A stretch of 64,000 nucleotides of DNA from Candidatus Rokuibacteriota bacterium (GCA_016184125.1 JACPDG010000043.1:15882-79881); one strand, 5' to 3'; shown: positions 26,487 to 39,786, counted from the stretch's first letter. Notes: generated by a model not told the origin, from the letters alone. Numbers and translations are program-made.

Positions 26487-27431
26487 CTACGCGATGGACG
26501 CAAGCTCCACGCGACGGAGCCACGCGGGCTCGCGTCCCGTCCGCTTCAGCGAGGCGAGCACCCGCGCCGGATGCCCCCAGTCGCTCCACTCGACGCTCTT
26601 GACCCGCACCGTCGCGAGGCGCTCGACCCCCCGGGCGAGAACACAGTCCGAGAAGGACAGCGTGGGAAGGCCGGCGTAGAGCGCCTCGATCGCGTGCCGC
26701 TCGCCCGGCGACCCGAGCGCTGCGCGCACGGATGCGAAGGCCGTGTAGAGATCGGGCGCGGTCACGCGGACGAGATCCAGGAAGGCGGTCACCCGACCGA
26801 CCATCACGAAGCTGTTCCAGAGGCAGCCTCGCCGCCACAGGTGCTGGGCGAGTCGCGGCGACGGCTTCTCCCAGAAGCGCCTGATGGGGAACGCCGGTTC
26901 GCCGTCCACCGGAAGCGGGGCCTCGGCGGGACCGATCCAGCCGTACTCGGTCTCCGGGCGGTCAGCCTGCACGCCGAGGAGGATCACGAGGTCCGGCCGA
27001 TGCGCGACGACGTCGCCGGCCGCGACGACGTAGCTCACGAACGCGGGCTCGTCCCCGACGTAGTGATCGGACGGGAAGACGGCCACGGTCGGATCGCCCG
27101 CGAGCTCGCGGATGCGCAGCATCGGGTAGAGGATTCCCGGCGCCGTTCCCCGGTTGTGCGGCTGCACGACGAGGCGGCCTGGCGCGAGATCCGCGGCGAG
27201 GCCACGATAGTATGGCTCGTGCGGGCGGCTGACCACGACGACGTTCCGGTCGAAGCGGGCCACGAGATCGGCGCGACGGCGCGTCCGGTCGAGCAGTGTC
27301 TCGCCATCGAGGAGCGCACAGAACTGCTTCGGCCGCGCATCGCCGGCGATCTGCGTCGTCAGCGGCCGGAGGCGAACACCGTCACCTCCGGCGAGGATGA
27401 GCGCCCACGTCGAGCTCGAACCGGTCGCCAT
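26487..27431 (-). CDS. mannose-1-phosphate guanylyltransferase-like sugar nucleotidyltransferase
   Basis: ALILAGGDGVRLRPLT nucleotide-binding motif...ETEYGWI; 314 aa. Confidence 0.8.
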   Translation of the reverse strand: MATGSSSTWALILAGGDGVRLRPLTTQIAGDARPKQFCALLDGETLLDRTRRRADLVARFDRNVVVVSRPHEPYYRGLAADLAPGRLVVQPHNRGTAPGILYPMLRIRELAGDPTVAVFPSDHYVGDEPAFVSYVVAAGDVVAHRPDLVILLGVQADRPETEYGWIGPAEAPLPVDGEPAFPIRRFWEKPSPRLAQHLWRRGCLWNSFVMVGRVTAFLDLVRVTAPDLYTAFASVRAALGSPGERHAIEALYAGLPTLSFSDCVLARGVERLATVRVKSVEWSDWGHPARVLASLKRTGREPAWLRRVELASIA

Positions 27432-27618
27432 CGTTCCCTCCCACCATCCCTTCGTCGCTGCGCGTCAACAAGCTCCGTTACGTGAAGCGACCGGAGGGCA
27501 CAGCAACAACGATGCCCGCGCACCTCGGTTCGTGCGCCGCGGCGCGCGTCGCGTTTTGAACGACGGGGATGACGCGGGGGGAAGATTGTTCCCCAAGCTG
27601 GAGAGAAAACGCGTTGTC

Positions 27619-29292
27619 TCACTCCTCCACCGGCATCGTGACAGGTTCCCCGGCCCCGTAGAAGTAAGCGCCGCGTCCCGCCGCACCGCCGACGACGGCG
27701 AGCTGGAAGCACCCGGGGTCCTCGACGACCGGGATCGGGACGTCGGGATGGTCGCGCAGCCAGCCGAGCTCGGGATGCGCCGCAGCCATCGCCTTCGGCT
27801 CCTTGTTGAGCGCCAGCGTGCGGAACGGCACGCGGGCCGCCCGGTACATCGCCTGCTGGATCTCGGCCCGGCCCCAGCCTGCGCGCGCGAAGATCTGCGC
27901 GTGCTCGGGGCAGACGAAGAGCGTGTTCTGTTCCTTCTCCTCCGTCCTGGAGCGCGGATCCGCGCGTCGGCCGATGAGCCAGAGCCCCGTGCCGACCTGC
28001 GCCACGTTCGTCGCCGCCGTCGCGTAGACCTGGACCAGGTCCTCGGGCGCGGTCGAGCGGAAGTCGTAGAGCTCGCACATCCCGTAGGCGAAGTGCACCG
28101 TCACCGTGCTCGCGTCCCGTGCGAAGCCCCGCGTGACGTGGTATGGCTCCCACGGGCTCCCGGCCTCGTTCTCGGCGCAGCAGAGGCTGTACTTGAGCGG
28201 CGAGCCGATCGTGTCCATGTCGGACACGCCGACGTACGTGTGTCCGACGTTCATCATCGTGAGCCGCACGGCGCGCCCGAGCACCGTGTTCGACGCCGAG
28301 GGCGCGCCGGGACCGAGCGCGCACAGGCCCGCATTGAGACGGGCGGCGCGGGCACGCGGGCCGTTGGCGAGCACGAGCGGCGCGTGCGGGCCGGTCGACA
28401 TCGCCTTGTTCCTGAGATACATCTTCGGCTCGGCGAGGCAGCGGACCGCGGCGATGAGCAGCGGCAGGTGCTCCGGACCGCAGCCGGCCATGACCGCGCT
28501 GATCGCGAGCTTCTCGACGGTCGCGACACCGAAACCCGGCTCGAGCACGGCGATGGTCTCGCCGGGCGCCCGCTTCGTCCCGGCGAGCATCGCATCCACG
28601 GCACGGCGCGTCGGCGGCACGATGGGAAAGCCGTCCGACCAGCCGCGCGCCAGGAGCTCGCGCTGCATGCGGTCCAGAGCCTCCAGGACATCGTCTCCCT
28701 CGAACGAGAGCACGTCGGGCAGCACCGGGCACACGGGCTCCGAGCGCTCGACCTCGACCGGTCGCGTCAACCCGGCGACGACCTGCTCGACGGCGCCGTC
28801 GACCATCCGGTGAACGTCTTCGGGACGCTGGTTCGTGAACGGCAGCGGGACGACCGCGAGCGGCAGCCCCGGGAGTCCGAAGCTCGCCGCGCTGCGCTCG
28901 GCGTCGTGGACGAACGTCGCGGACGTGAACAGCACGGTCGGGCGGCCGCGCCGCTCGAGCTCGACCATGTCGTGGGCACCCCACGACGTGCACGAGCCTC
29001 AGTCGGCTGTCGTCCCGACGACCGCGTCGACCTCGGCGGCGATCCGGTCGGCGTCTTCCGGCGTGGCGTGCCGCATGATGAATCCGACCGACCCGGTGTA
29101 CCGGCGGAACGTCGTGTCCGGGAACCGCTCGCGCAGGAGCGCTTCGGTGCGGTCGAGCGCCGCGTCGCCGCCGCCCTTCATGTTCCAGTAGAGCCCGACC
29201 GTGAGGCCACGGAGGTCTCGCGGGCGCGGCGCGGGCTTCACCGAGCGCTCGACGGTCGTGGCCACGGGATTCAGGATCTCGACGCGTGCCAT
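27619..29292 (-). CDS. UGSC-family selenoprotein fused in-frame to a ~450-aa C-terminal domain; in-frame TGA (Sec) at 28999-29001
   Basis: Track ORFs 28999-29331 and 27619-28968 share one frame and are separated only by a TGA. Minus-strand read: ...VVGTTAD-TGA-GGC-TCG-TGC = U-G-S-C. AGGAGG ribosome-binding site before the ATG at 29292. SECIS-like hairpin downstream. Confidence 0.7.
28969..28987 (-). promoter_or_regulatory. bacterial SECIS-like hairpin GUCGUGGG-GUG-CCCACGAC, 11 nt downstream of the UGA
   Basis: 8-bp perfect stem, G/U-containing apical loop, spacing typical of bSECIS. Confidence 0.5.
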
Positions 29293-29302
29293 GCGGACCT
29301 CC

Positions 29303-29378
29303 TTCATGGGGGGACTATCGAAGCCCCCCAATCCCCCCGCGCTCGGAGCCCCCCGGCAAAGCCGTGGCGCTCCTCGAC
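29303..29378 (+). repeat. family A repeat, copy A9
   Basis: TTCATGGGGGGACTATCGAAGCCCCCCAATCCCCCCGCGCTCGGAGCCCCCCGGCAAAGCCGTGGCGCTCCTCGACC. Confidence 0.85.
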
Positions 29379-29408
29379 CACCGCCTTCGGTTCACGGGCT
29401 CTCACCCC

Positions 29409-29484
29409 CTTCATGGGGGGACTATCGAAGCCCCCCAATCCCCCCGCGCTCGCACACGCCCCGGGGAACCCGGGGCGTGGCTCG
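29409..29484 (+). repeat. family A repeat, copy A10 (tandem with A9)
   Basis: TTCATGGGGGGACTATCGAAGCCCCCCAATCCCCCCGCGCTCGCACACGCCCCGGGGAACCCGGGGCGTGGCTCGA. Confidence 0.85.
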
Positions 29485-29485
29485 A

Positions 29486-30685
29486 TTACACCACAGCCTT
29501 CTTCGCCCGGAGCGAAGCGATGTCGGCGTCCGAGTAGCCGAGCTCCGCGAGGACCTCGTCGGTGTGCTCGCCGCGCATCGGCGCGTGCCGGCGGATGTCC
29601 GGGTCGATCTCCGAGAACGACACGGGGAATCCGACGACCGGGATGTCGCCGAGCTTGGGGTGCGCCATCCGGCGGATGACGGCGCGGCCCTGCGTCTGCG
29701 GATCCGACAGCGCCTGGCCGACGCTGTTGACCGGCGTGGCGGGCACGCCCGCATCGTCGAGGAGCTTGATGAGCGCGTCGCGGTCGTACCCCGCGATCGC
29801 GTCGCCGACGAGCTGCTCCAGCTCCGTGCGGTGCTTCACGCGCTCGATGTTGACCGCGAAGCGCGGGTCGTCGGCCATCCACTCGAGCCCGAGCGCCGTG
29901 GCGAGGCGCCGCCACAACCGGTCGTTCGCGCCCGCGATGAAGACCCACTGGCCGTCGGCGCAGCGGAAGTTGCGGTACGGAGACAGGGCCGGGTGCGCGG
30001 AGCCGAGCGCCTGGGGGACTTTTCCGACCAGCAGGTAGCCTTCGGCCTGGAAGTTCATGAGCCCGACGGCGGTCTCGAGCAGCGAGCCGTCCACGCGCTG
30101 GCCGCGGCCCGTCTGCGCGCGGTGGTGCAGCGCGGACACGACGCCGAGCGCGCACAGGATCCCGGTCGTGAGGTCCAGGAACGACACGCCGCACCGCACC
30201 GGTGGACCGCCCGGCTCACCGGTGATCGACATGATCCCGCTGAACGCCTGCATGAGCGCCTCGTACCCGGCACCCGCGGCGCGGGGCCCGGTGCGCCCGA
30301 AGGCCGAGACCGAGCAGTAGATCAACCGCGGGTTCATCGCCGAGAGCGCGTCGTACCCGAGACCGAACTCCTCCATGGTCCCCGTGCGGAAGTTCTCGAT
30401 CAGCACGTCGGCGTCCCGGGCGAGCTTCCGGACGATCTCGACGCCTTCCGGCGTCTTCAGGTCGACCGAGATGCCGCGCTTGTTGCGATTGTTCACGAGG
30501 TACCCCGCCGCCTCGCCGTCCTTGTGGGGCGGCCAGGTGCGGGACTCGTCGCCGACCGTGGGGTCCTCGATCTTGATGACGTCGGCGCCGAGATCGCCGA
30601 GGAGCGCGCCGCAGAACGGGCCGGCGAGGACGCGGGAGCAGTCGATGACGCGGAGACCGGCGAGAGGCGGGCGGTTCGTGGCCAT
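29486..30685 (-). CDS. family III CoA-transferase (CaiB/BaiF/Frc-like)
   Basis: MATNRPPLAGLRVIDCSRVLAGPFCGALLGDLGADVIKIE...; 399 aa. Confidence 0.9.
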   Translation of the reverse strand: MATNRPPLAGLRVIDCSRVLAGPFCGALLGDLGADVIKIEDPTVGDESRTWPPHKDGEAAGYLVNNRNKRGISVDLKTPEGVEIVRKLARDADVLIENFRTGTMEEFGLGYDALSAMNPRLIYCSVSAFGRTGPRAAGAGYEALMQAFSGIMSITGEPGGPPVRCGVSFLDLTTGILCALGVVSALHHRAQTGRGQRVDGSLLETAVGLMNFQAEGYLLVGKVPQALGSAHPALSPYRNFRCADGQWVFIAGANDRLWRRLATALGLEWMADDPRFAVNIERVKHRTELEQLVGDAIAGYDRDALIKLLDDAGVPATPVNSVGQALSDPQTQGRAVIRRMAHPKLGDIPVVGFPVSFSEIDPDIRRHAPMRGEHTDEVLAELGYSDADIASLRAKKAVV

Positions 30686-30721
30686 GGGCGCTACTATAGC
30701 GTTTCCGGTTACTATGAGCAC

Positions 30722-34137
<3,416 letters not shown>

Positions 34138-34138
<1 letters not shown>

Positions 34139-36174
34139 TGCTGACGGGACGCGGCGCCACGCGGCGCGGCAGCTTCCTGATCGCCGTCGGCGTGTGCGCC
34201 CTGATGGGCACGGTGTGGTTCCTCGCGCCGGCGATGCTCACGCAGGCCGACTTCGCGCTGTACGACCAGCATTTCCGCTGGCGCGGCGCCCGGCCGGGTC
34301 ACCCGCAGGTCGCGATCGTCGCCATCGACGAGCCGAGCCTGCGCGCCATCGGGCGATGGCCCTGGCCGCGCACGGTGCTCGCCGAGCTCATCCGGCGCCT
34401 CGACGAGGCGGGCGCGGCGGCGATCGGCGTCGACGTGATCCTGAACGAGCCGGAGCGGAGCGGCGAGCTCGAGGCGGCGACGCGGCTGCGCGAGCGCCTG
34501 CGGGCGGTGGGCGCGCCGGCCGCCGTGCTGCGCGAGGTCGACGCGACGATCCAGGCCGCTGATCACGACCGGATGCTGGCCGACGCGATCGCCGCGAGCG
34601 GCCGCGTCGTCCTTCCGAGCCTGTTCAACGTCAGTATTGAGCCGCCCAAGCAGGCGCCGGAACGCGTTGGCCAGCCGTTCAAGTCCGCGCTCGTGCGGTT
34701 CAAGCAGTACGACGACCGCGGCCTGTTCCCACCGGTCAACGCGGACAGCGTCGGCCTGCCGATCCCACCGCTGCTGGCTGCGGCCCAGGGAGTCGGCCAC
34801 GTCTACATGCTCGCCGACTCGGACGGCACGACGCGGTGGGAGGCGCTCGCCATCGAGTACCGCGGGCACTACTATCCCAGCCTTGCGGTGGAGACGGTGC
34901 GCGTCGCCGCCGGGCTCGAGCCCACCGCCCTGACGCTCGACTTCGGCACCGCGCTCGTGCTCGGCGATCTCGAGATCCCCATCGACGCGCGGGCACGAGT
35001 GCTCATCGGATACGCCGGCCCCGTGCACTCCTTCCCGCACCATTCCGCCGCGGATGTCCTGGCCGGCCGCGTCCCGCCCGAGCGCCTCCGCGATCGCATC
35101 GTGTTCGTCGGCGCGACGGCGGAAGGCACGTACGACCTGCGAGTCACGCCGTTCTCGCCCGTCCTCCCCGGCGTCGAGAAGCACGCGAACGTCGCGGCCA
35201 ACATCCTCGACGGGCGCTTCCTCGTGCGGCCGCCGCTGGTCGAGCTCTTCGAGGTGCTGGCCGCCGTGGCGCTGCCGTTCCTGCTCGCCTGGCTGCTCCC
35301 GCGCCTGCGTCCGATCCCGAGCGTCGGGGTGACGCTCGTCCTCGGCGCCGCGGTCCTCGGCGGGGCGCACCTGGCCTTCCGGCAGGGCCTCTGGCTGCCC
35401 GCGGTCTACCCGGCGGTCGCGATCGCCGTCACGTTCGTCGGCGTGACCGTCTTTCGGTTCTTCACCGAGGAGCGCCAGCGGCTCTGGACGAAGCGCGCGT
35501 TCCAGCAGTACGTCAGCCCCGAGGTCGTCGACCGGATCGTCGAGGATCCCGCCGCGCTCCAGTTCGGGGGCGAGGTGCGGAACCTGACCGTCCTCTTCGT
35601 CGACATCCGCGACTTCACGGGCTTCACCGAGCGGCACGATCCCCACGAGGTCGTGGCGATGCTGCGCGAGCACTTCACGCGCCTCACGAACCGCGTCCTC
35701 GAGGAGGGCGGCACGCTCGACAAGTACATCGGGGACGCGATCATGGCGATCTTCGGTGCGCCGGTCCCGGCCGCGGACCACGCGGAGCGGGCGTGCCGCG
35801 CCGCGTGGAGAATGGTCGAGGAGGCGGAACGCCTGCGAGACAAGTGGCAGGGCGAGGGGCGCGAGCCGTTCCGGATCGGTGTCGGGATCAACACGGGCGA
35901 CATGGTCGTCGGCAACCTCGGCTCCGAGCAGCTCTTCACGTACACCGTCGTCGGCGACGAGGTGAACCTCGGCGCACGGATCGAGACGCTCAACAAGGAG
36001 CACGCGACGACGCGCCCGATCATCATCAGCGAGTCGACGTACGAGGCCGCGCGTAACGCGATCGAGGCGCGGGTGCTCGGGGAGGTCAAGGTGCGCGGCA
36101 AGACGCGGCCCGTCGTGATCTACGAGCTCACCGGTCTTCGGTCGCCGACGCCCGAGCCGCAGGTCCCCGCGTAA
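34138..36174 (+). CDS. CHASE2 sensor domain plus class III adenylate/guanylate cyclase
   Basis: N-terminal CHASE2 (periplasmic) with TM helices, then a cyclase homology domain (VLFVDIRDFTGFTE...GDAIMAIFG...GINTGDMVVGNLGS). ATG overlaps the metH TGA (ATGA). Confidence 0.9.
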
Positions 36175-36180
36175 CGCGCG

Positions 36181-36313
36181 GGGGCGGGGGACGGGGCGGG
36201 GGCCCCTCGGAAATCCGCGCGCGGACCACGGCCGGCGTCCCACAACAGCCGGACTTCGAGGTCGACCTTAGCCCAACGGATTTCCGAGGGGCCCCCGCCC
36301 CGTCCCCCGCCCG
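36181..36313. repeat. TIR-bearing MITE-like element E1 (37-bp terminal inverted repeats GGGGCGGGGGACGGGGCGGGGGCCCCTCGGAAATCCG)
   Basis: Perfect inverted termini flank a ~60-bp core; starts 7 nt after the cyclase stop. Confidence 0.7.
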
Positions 36314-36422
36314 GGCGCTTCCCGCGCACCCGCCGTCATCCGCCCGCCGCGCTGAGTCCGTCCACTCACCGACCGCGACCGGCCGTGTGACGCGCTGGCT
36401 TCGGCAACCCGCGTACTTCCCC

Positions 36423-36576
36423 ACGCGGTTCAGCAACCGCGCTCGGTGGCGTCCACCTCGGTGCTTCGGATTCTTTTTCTCGAAAAGGTCCCCCGCCCCC
36501 GCGGGCGGTTCAGCGGCTCGGCGACGTCAATTCCGCTTCGGATTCGTGATTCTCGAAAGGCCCCCCGGCCCCACGC
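36423..36576 (+). repeat. tandem direct repeat (2 x ~75 bp), units ending CTTCGGATTC...TTCTCGAAA(A)GG(T)CCCCCG(C)CCCC
   Basis: Units at 36423-36503 and 36505-36576 share CGGTTCAGC...GCTTCGGATTC-N-TTCTCGAAAGG-CCCCC blocks. Confidence 0.6.
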
Positions 36577-36692
36577 TCCCGCCGTCAGAAGACCGCCGTG
36601 CGACAAGGTCGCTCCGAATCGGCCAGAACCGACACAGTGGTGCGGTTCGATGTTCGAACTCGACGCTGCGCGCCGCCACGCGTGTTGAGATT

Positions 36693-36820
36693 GGCGGGCG
36701 GCGGGAGGGGACTCCCTCAGAAATCCGTTGGCCTAAGGTTGACCTCGGAGTGCGCGCGTTGTGCGACTCCCGGCGTGGTACGGGCGCGGATTTCTGAGGG
36801 AGTCCCCTCCCGCCGCCCGC
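36693..36820. repeat. TIR-bearing MITE-like element E2 (35-bp TIRs GGCGGGCGGCGGGAGGGGACTCCCTCAGAAATCCG); diverged copy of E1 in opposite orientation
   Basis: Core is ~75% reverse-complementary to the E1 core (shared ACCACGCCGG...CACAAC...GAGGTCAACCTTAGGCCAA); ends 12 nt before the cytochrome c stop. Confidence 0.7.
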
Positions 36821-36831
36821 CGGCCTCGCGC

Positions 36832-37797
36832 TCAGTGGTGGCAGGCGACGCAGTCGAGCGGAGCGTTGCGGTCAGGCTTCGTGTTCTCGCGCCGGTGGCA
36901 GTCCAGGCACCAGCCCATCGTCAAGGGGCGCGGATCCGGTCGCAGACCGACGAGATGGAGAATGTCGCTGGCCAGCTGCGGGCCGACGTCGGCGCCCACG
37001 ACCCGCATCCGCTCGATCGGGCCGTGACACGTCTGGCACTCGACACGCGCCCGCACGTGGGCCTTGTGGGGGAAGTACGTGAACTCCGGCATCTTGAAGA
37101 TCCGGATCCACGGGATCGGCTCCTGCCGCGCCCAGTAGTCGTGGACCTTGCGGATCTCGGGGTTGTCCGTCGCCCCGATGATCTTGTGGCAGCCCATGCA
37201 CCGCTCGACCGACGGCAGCCCCGCGTACTCGGAGCGTCGCGCCTCCGTGTGGCAGTACTGGCAGGCGATGTGGAACGAGCCGGCGTGCACGACGTGACTG
37301 AAGAAGATGGGCTGTCGCGGCGCGTTCGGCGGCGTGACGATCGGCTTGGCCGCGGCCGCCACGAACGGCGGGTCGGCGAGCGTCCGGATGTACCGGATCA
37401 CGCGGCGCACCTGGCCGTCTCCGAGGTACGCGGCGAACGCCGGCATCGTCGGTGCGAGCCCCTCGGCGGTGCCGCCGTTCAGGATCACGTTCGCCAGGAA
37501 CTCGTCCGGCAGCGGATTCATGATGCGGCCGTCGGTCAGATCCGCGGGCTTCGTGGCCAGAGCACCGGCCGAAGGCCCATCGCCGCGACCGCCTTCACCG
37601 TGGCAGGGGAGGCAATACTGCGCGTAGATCGCGCGGTCGGCCGGATCCCGAGCGGCCGGAGGCGCGGCGCTCACGCGCGCGCCGAGCAGACCACCGGCAA
37701 GAACCCCCAGCGCCAGCAGCCCGAGCGCCCACGCGCGTCGGGACGCGACGAACGCGCTACTGCTTGATGAGGTTCCGCCGGCGTTCGAGGTACGCAT
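36832..37797 (-). CDS. multiheme c-type cytochrome (6 CxxCH motifs; monoheme module plus pentaheme NrfB/ActA-like module)
   Basis: CLPCH, CQYCH, CMGCH, CQTCH, CLDCH and CVACH; signal peptide. Confidence 0.85.
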   Translation of the reverse strand: MRTSNAGGTSSSSSAFVASRRAWALGLLALGVLAGGLLGARVSAAPPAARDPADRAIYAQYCLPCHGEGGRGDGPSAGALATKPADLTDGRIMNPLPDEFLANVILNGGTAEGLAPTMPAFAAYLGDGQVRRVIRYIRTLADPPFVAAAAKPIVTPPNAPRQPIFFSHVVHAGSFHIACQYCHTEARRSEYAGLPSVERCMGCHKIIGATDNPEIRKVHDYWARQEPIPWIRIFKMPEFTYFPHKAHVRARVECQTCHGPIERMRVVGADVGPQLASDILHLVGLRPDPRPLTMGWCLDCHRRENTKPDRNAPLDCVACHH

Positions 37798-38866
37798 GGC
37801 GGACAGCGCTGTACATGTCGATCACCGTTTCCTCGAAGCCCTGGAAGAGCTCGAGGTTCAGCGACCGCTCGTTGACAGTGTCCGTCACCTTGACCGCGAT
37901 GCGCTCGATGATTCCGATCGGGACGAACCACCCGAGCGGATCGAACAGCGAGTCGACGCCCCGGCCGATGCCGTCCCGCACCGTCATCGGCTCCATCAGC
38001 GGCAGCACGAGATAGGGCCCGGGCCGCGCTCCGTACACACCGAGGGTCTGACCGAAGTCCTCGCGGCTCTTCTCGATCTCGGCGCTCCTGCCGACGTCGA
38101 ACAGGCCGCCGATACCGACGGTCGAGTTCAGCACGAACCGGCCCAGTTCACGCCCCGCGCCGTCCCACTTCGCCTGGAGCAGGCTGTTCACCATGCGCTT
38201 GATCGCGCCGAGGTTGTCGAACGCGTTGCCGATCATTCGCTGGATCTCGTCGTGCACGACCCGGTCGTACGCCTTCGCCACCGGCTTCAGGACGTACCGG
38301 TCGAGCTTGCGGTTGAACTCGAACATCCTCTCGTTGAACGGCTCCCACGGATCGTACACCTCGACGTCGTACTCGTCGTCCTCGGCACTCCGCCTGGACT
38401 GCGCGACGATCATGGGAGCCGCGCCGGCGGCAGCCGGTGCGGTCAGCGCGGATGCGGCACTTTCGTCTGCGGGTCCCGGCCCGCCCTCCGCGACCGCGGA
38501 CGGAGCGTCGACCGCCGCGGGCGCAGCCTCGGCGACGAGCGCAGCGTCGACCGGAGGCTCACCGTCGCCCGTGGGGGGTGCGACGACCCGCGGCGCCTCG
38601 TCCACCGCGCCCGTCGCGCTCACCGCCGGCGCCGACTCGTCGCCGCTCAGGCGTGTGAGAACGTCAACGGATCCCGTCGACCGTGTCGTCTCGAGCCGTG
38701 GGCGTACCTCGGTGCGCGCGACGGCGGCGGGCGCCGCCGCGGGCACCGACATCGACCACGGCCCGTCAGCGCGGGCGACCGATGTCGCACGAAGTCCGTT
38801 ACCGACGGTGCCACATCCGGTGAGGGCAGCGAGCGTGAGGAGGACGACGACGAGAACCGGCAGCAT
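37757..38866 (-). CDS. MlaA/VacJ-family outer-membrane lipoprotein (phospholipid transport)
   Basis: MLPVLVVVLLTLAALTGC lipobox; long Ala/Pro-rich linker; C-terminal VacJ domain (DPWEPFNERMFEFNRKLDRYVLKPVAKAY...). Confidence 0.85.
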   Translation of the reverse strand: MLPVLVVVLLTLAALTGCGTVGNGLRATSVARADGPWSMSVPAAAPAAVARTEVRPRLETTRSTGSVDVLTRLSGDESAPAVSATGAVDEAPRVVAPPTGDGEPPVDAALVAEAAPAAVDAPSAVAEGGPGPADESAASALTAPAAAGAAPMIVAQSRRSAEDDEYDVEVYDPWEPFNERMFEFNRKLDRYVLKPVAKAYDRVVHDEIQRMIGNAFDNLGAIKRMVNSLLQAKWDGAGRELGRFVLNSTVGIGGLFDVGRSAEIEKSREDFGQTLGVYGARPGPYLVLPLMEPMTVRDGIGRGVDSLFDPLGWFVPIGIIERIAVKVTDTVNERSLNLELFQGFEETVIDMYSAVRHAYLERRRNLIKQ

Positions 38867-39084
38867 CGAGCCGCGACGCGAATCAGTCGACGAGCGCACC
38901 TGGCCCTCCGTGGGTAACGTCCCTGAGAAGTTCAGGGCACATGAGGTCGAGGGCTCACTATATCTGAATCGATCGCCGTTGTCTCGGCCGGTCCGACGGC
39001 GTATGGTAAGAGATGTGCATGGGCCGGGTGCTGCGCCGTCCGGTCACGAAGGTTAACGCTTTGGCGCAACACGAAGGAGAACGG

Positions 39085-39321
39085 ATGGCTCGGAGTCGTT
39101 GGCGTGAGTACTGGTGCGACGTGGTGTCGGAGGGTGTCGAGATCCGGCTCCGCCGTCCCGGGGGTTTCGGGCAGCCGCGCGGATACTTCGTGCAGTGCAA
39201 CCAGAGCGAGTGTCAGTACGTCGAGGACAACAAGCCGCCATGCCCGCTGCACATCGGGATGTTCAGCGATGAGATCCGCGCGCTCGAGGAGACTCGCTCG
39301 CAGCGCGTCAGCGGCGACTGA
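39085..39321 (+). CDS. small hypothetical Cys-containing protein (78 aa)
   Basis: AAGGAG ribosome-binding site; YWCD...CNQSECQY...CPLH pattern; no family recognised. Confidence 0.4.
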   Translation: MARSRWREYWCDVVSEGVEIRLRRPGGFGQPRGYFVQCNQSECQYVEDNKPPCPLHIGMFSDEIRALEETRSQRVSGD

Positions 39322-39323
39322 GA

Positions 39324-39410
39324 ACATCGGGGGGCCGCGACGGCCCCCCGAACTCCCCCCACGCTCGCACACGGCCCGGCGGAGCCGGGCCGCGGCTCGG
39401 GAACCGGATT
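39324..39410 (+). repeat. family A repeat, copy A11 (diverged)
   Basis: CATCGGGGGGCCGCGACGGCCCCCCGAACTCCCCCCACGCTCGCACACGGCCCGGCGGAGCCGGGCCGCGGCTCGGGAA. Confidence 0.7.
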
Positions 39411-39427
39411 GCTTCACGGGCTCTGAG

Positions 39428-39495
39428 ATCATGGGGGGCCCGAGATGCCCCCCCAACGCTCGCCGGGTCCGGGGTGAACCCGGGCCCGCCTCGAT
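39428..39495 (+). repeat. family A repeat, copy A12
   Basis: ATCATGGGGGGCCCGAGATGCCCCCCCAACGCTCGCCGGGTCCGGGGTGAACCCGGGCCCGCCTCGA; abuts the stop of the downstream minus-strand gene. Confidence 0.75.
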
Positions 39496-39710
39496 CACCG
39501 CTTCTTCGTCGCGTCGTAGATCGTACCAGCCGCCGCACCAACGCCCGTACCGATGAGCGCCCCCTTGCCGGCGCCCGCGCCTGTCCCGGCCCCGATCGCC
39601 GCACCCGCGCCGGCACCGACGGCCGCGCCCGTGAGCGTGCCGCAGGCGGCCGTGACGAGCGCGAGCAGCGTGACGCCGACGATCGGTGCGAGGATTCGCT
39701 TCGTGGCCAT
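39495..39710 (-). CDS. glycine-zipper small lipoprotein
   Basis: LLALVTAAC lipobox followed by GAAVGAGAGAAIGAGTGAGAG glycine-zipper TM-like repeats. Confidence 0.55.
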   Translation of the reverse strand: MATKRILAPIVGVTLLALVTAACGTLTGAAVGAGAGAAIGAGTGAGAGKGALIGTGVGAAAGTIYDATKKR

Positions 39711-39786
39711 CTGAGACCTCCTGTCGCAGGGTTCTGGGAGTCAGACGGCCCGCGACCAGACGCTATTCGGCACCGCGCGCCGCGGC

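Noticed and set aside
36387-36797. 136-aa ORF inside the 36181-36820 repeat block
   Set aside because: It lies entirely within the TIR and direct-repeat elements and is Arg-rich and low-complexity. It is more parsimoniously non-coding.
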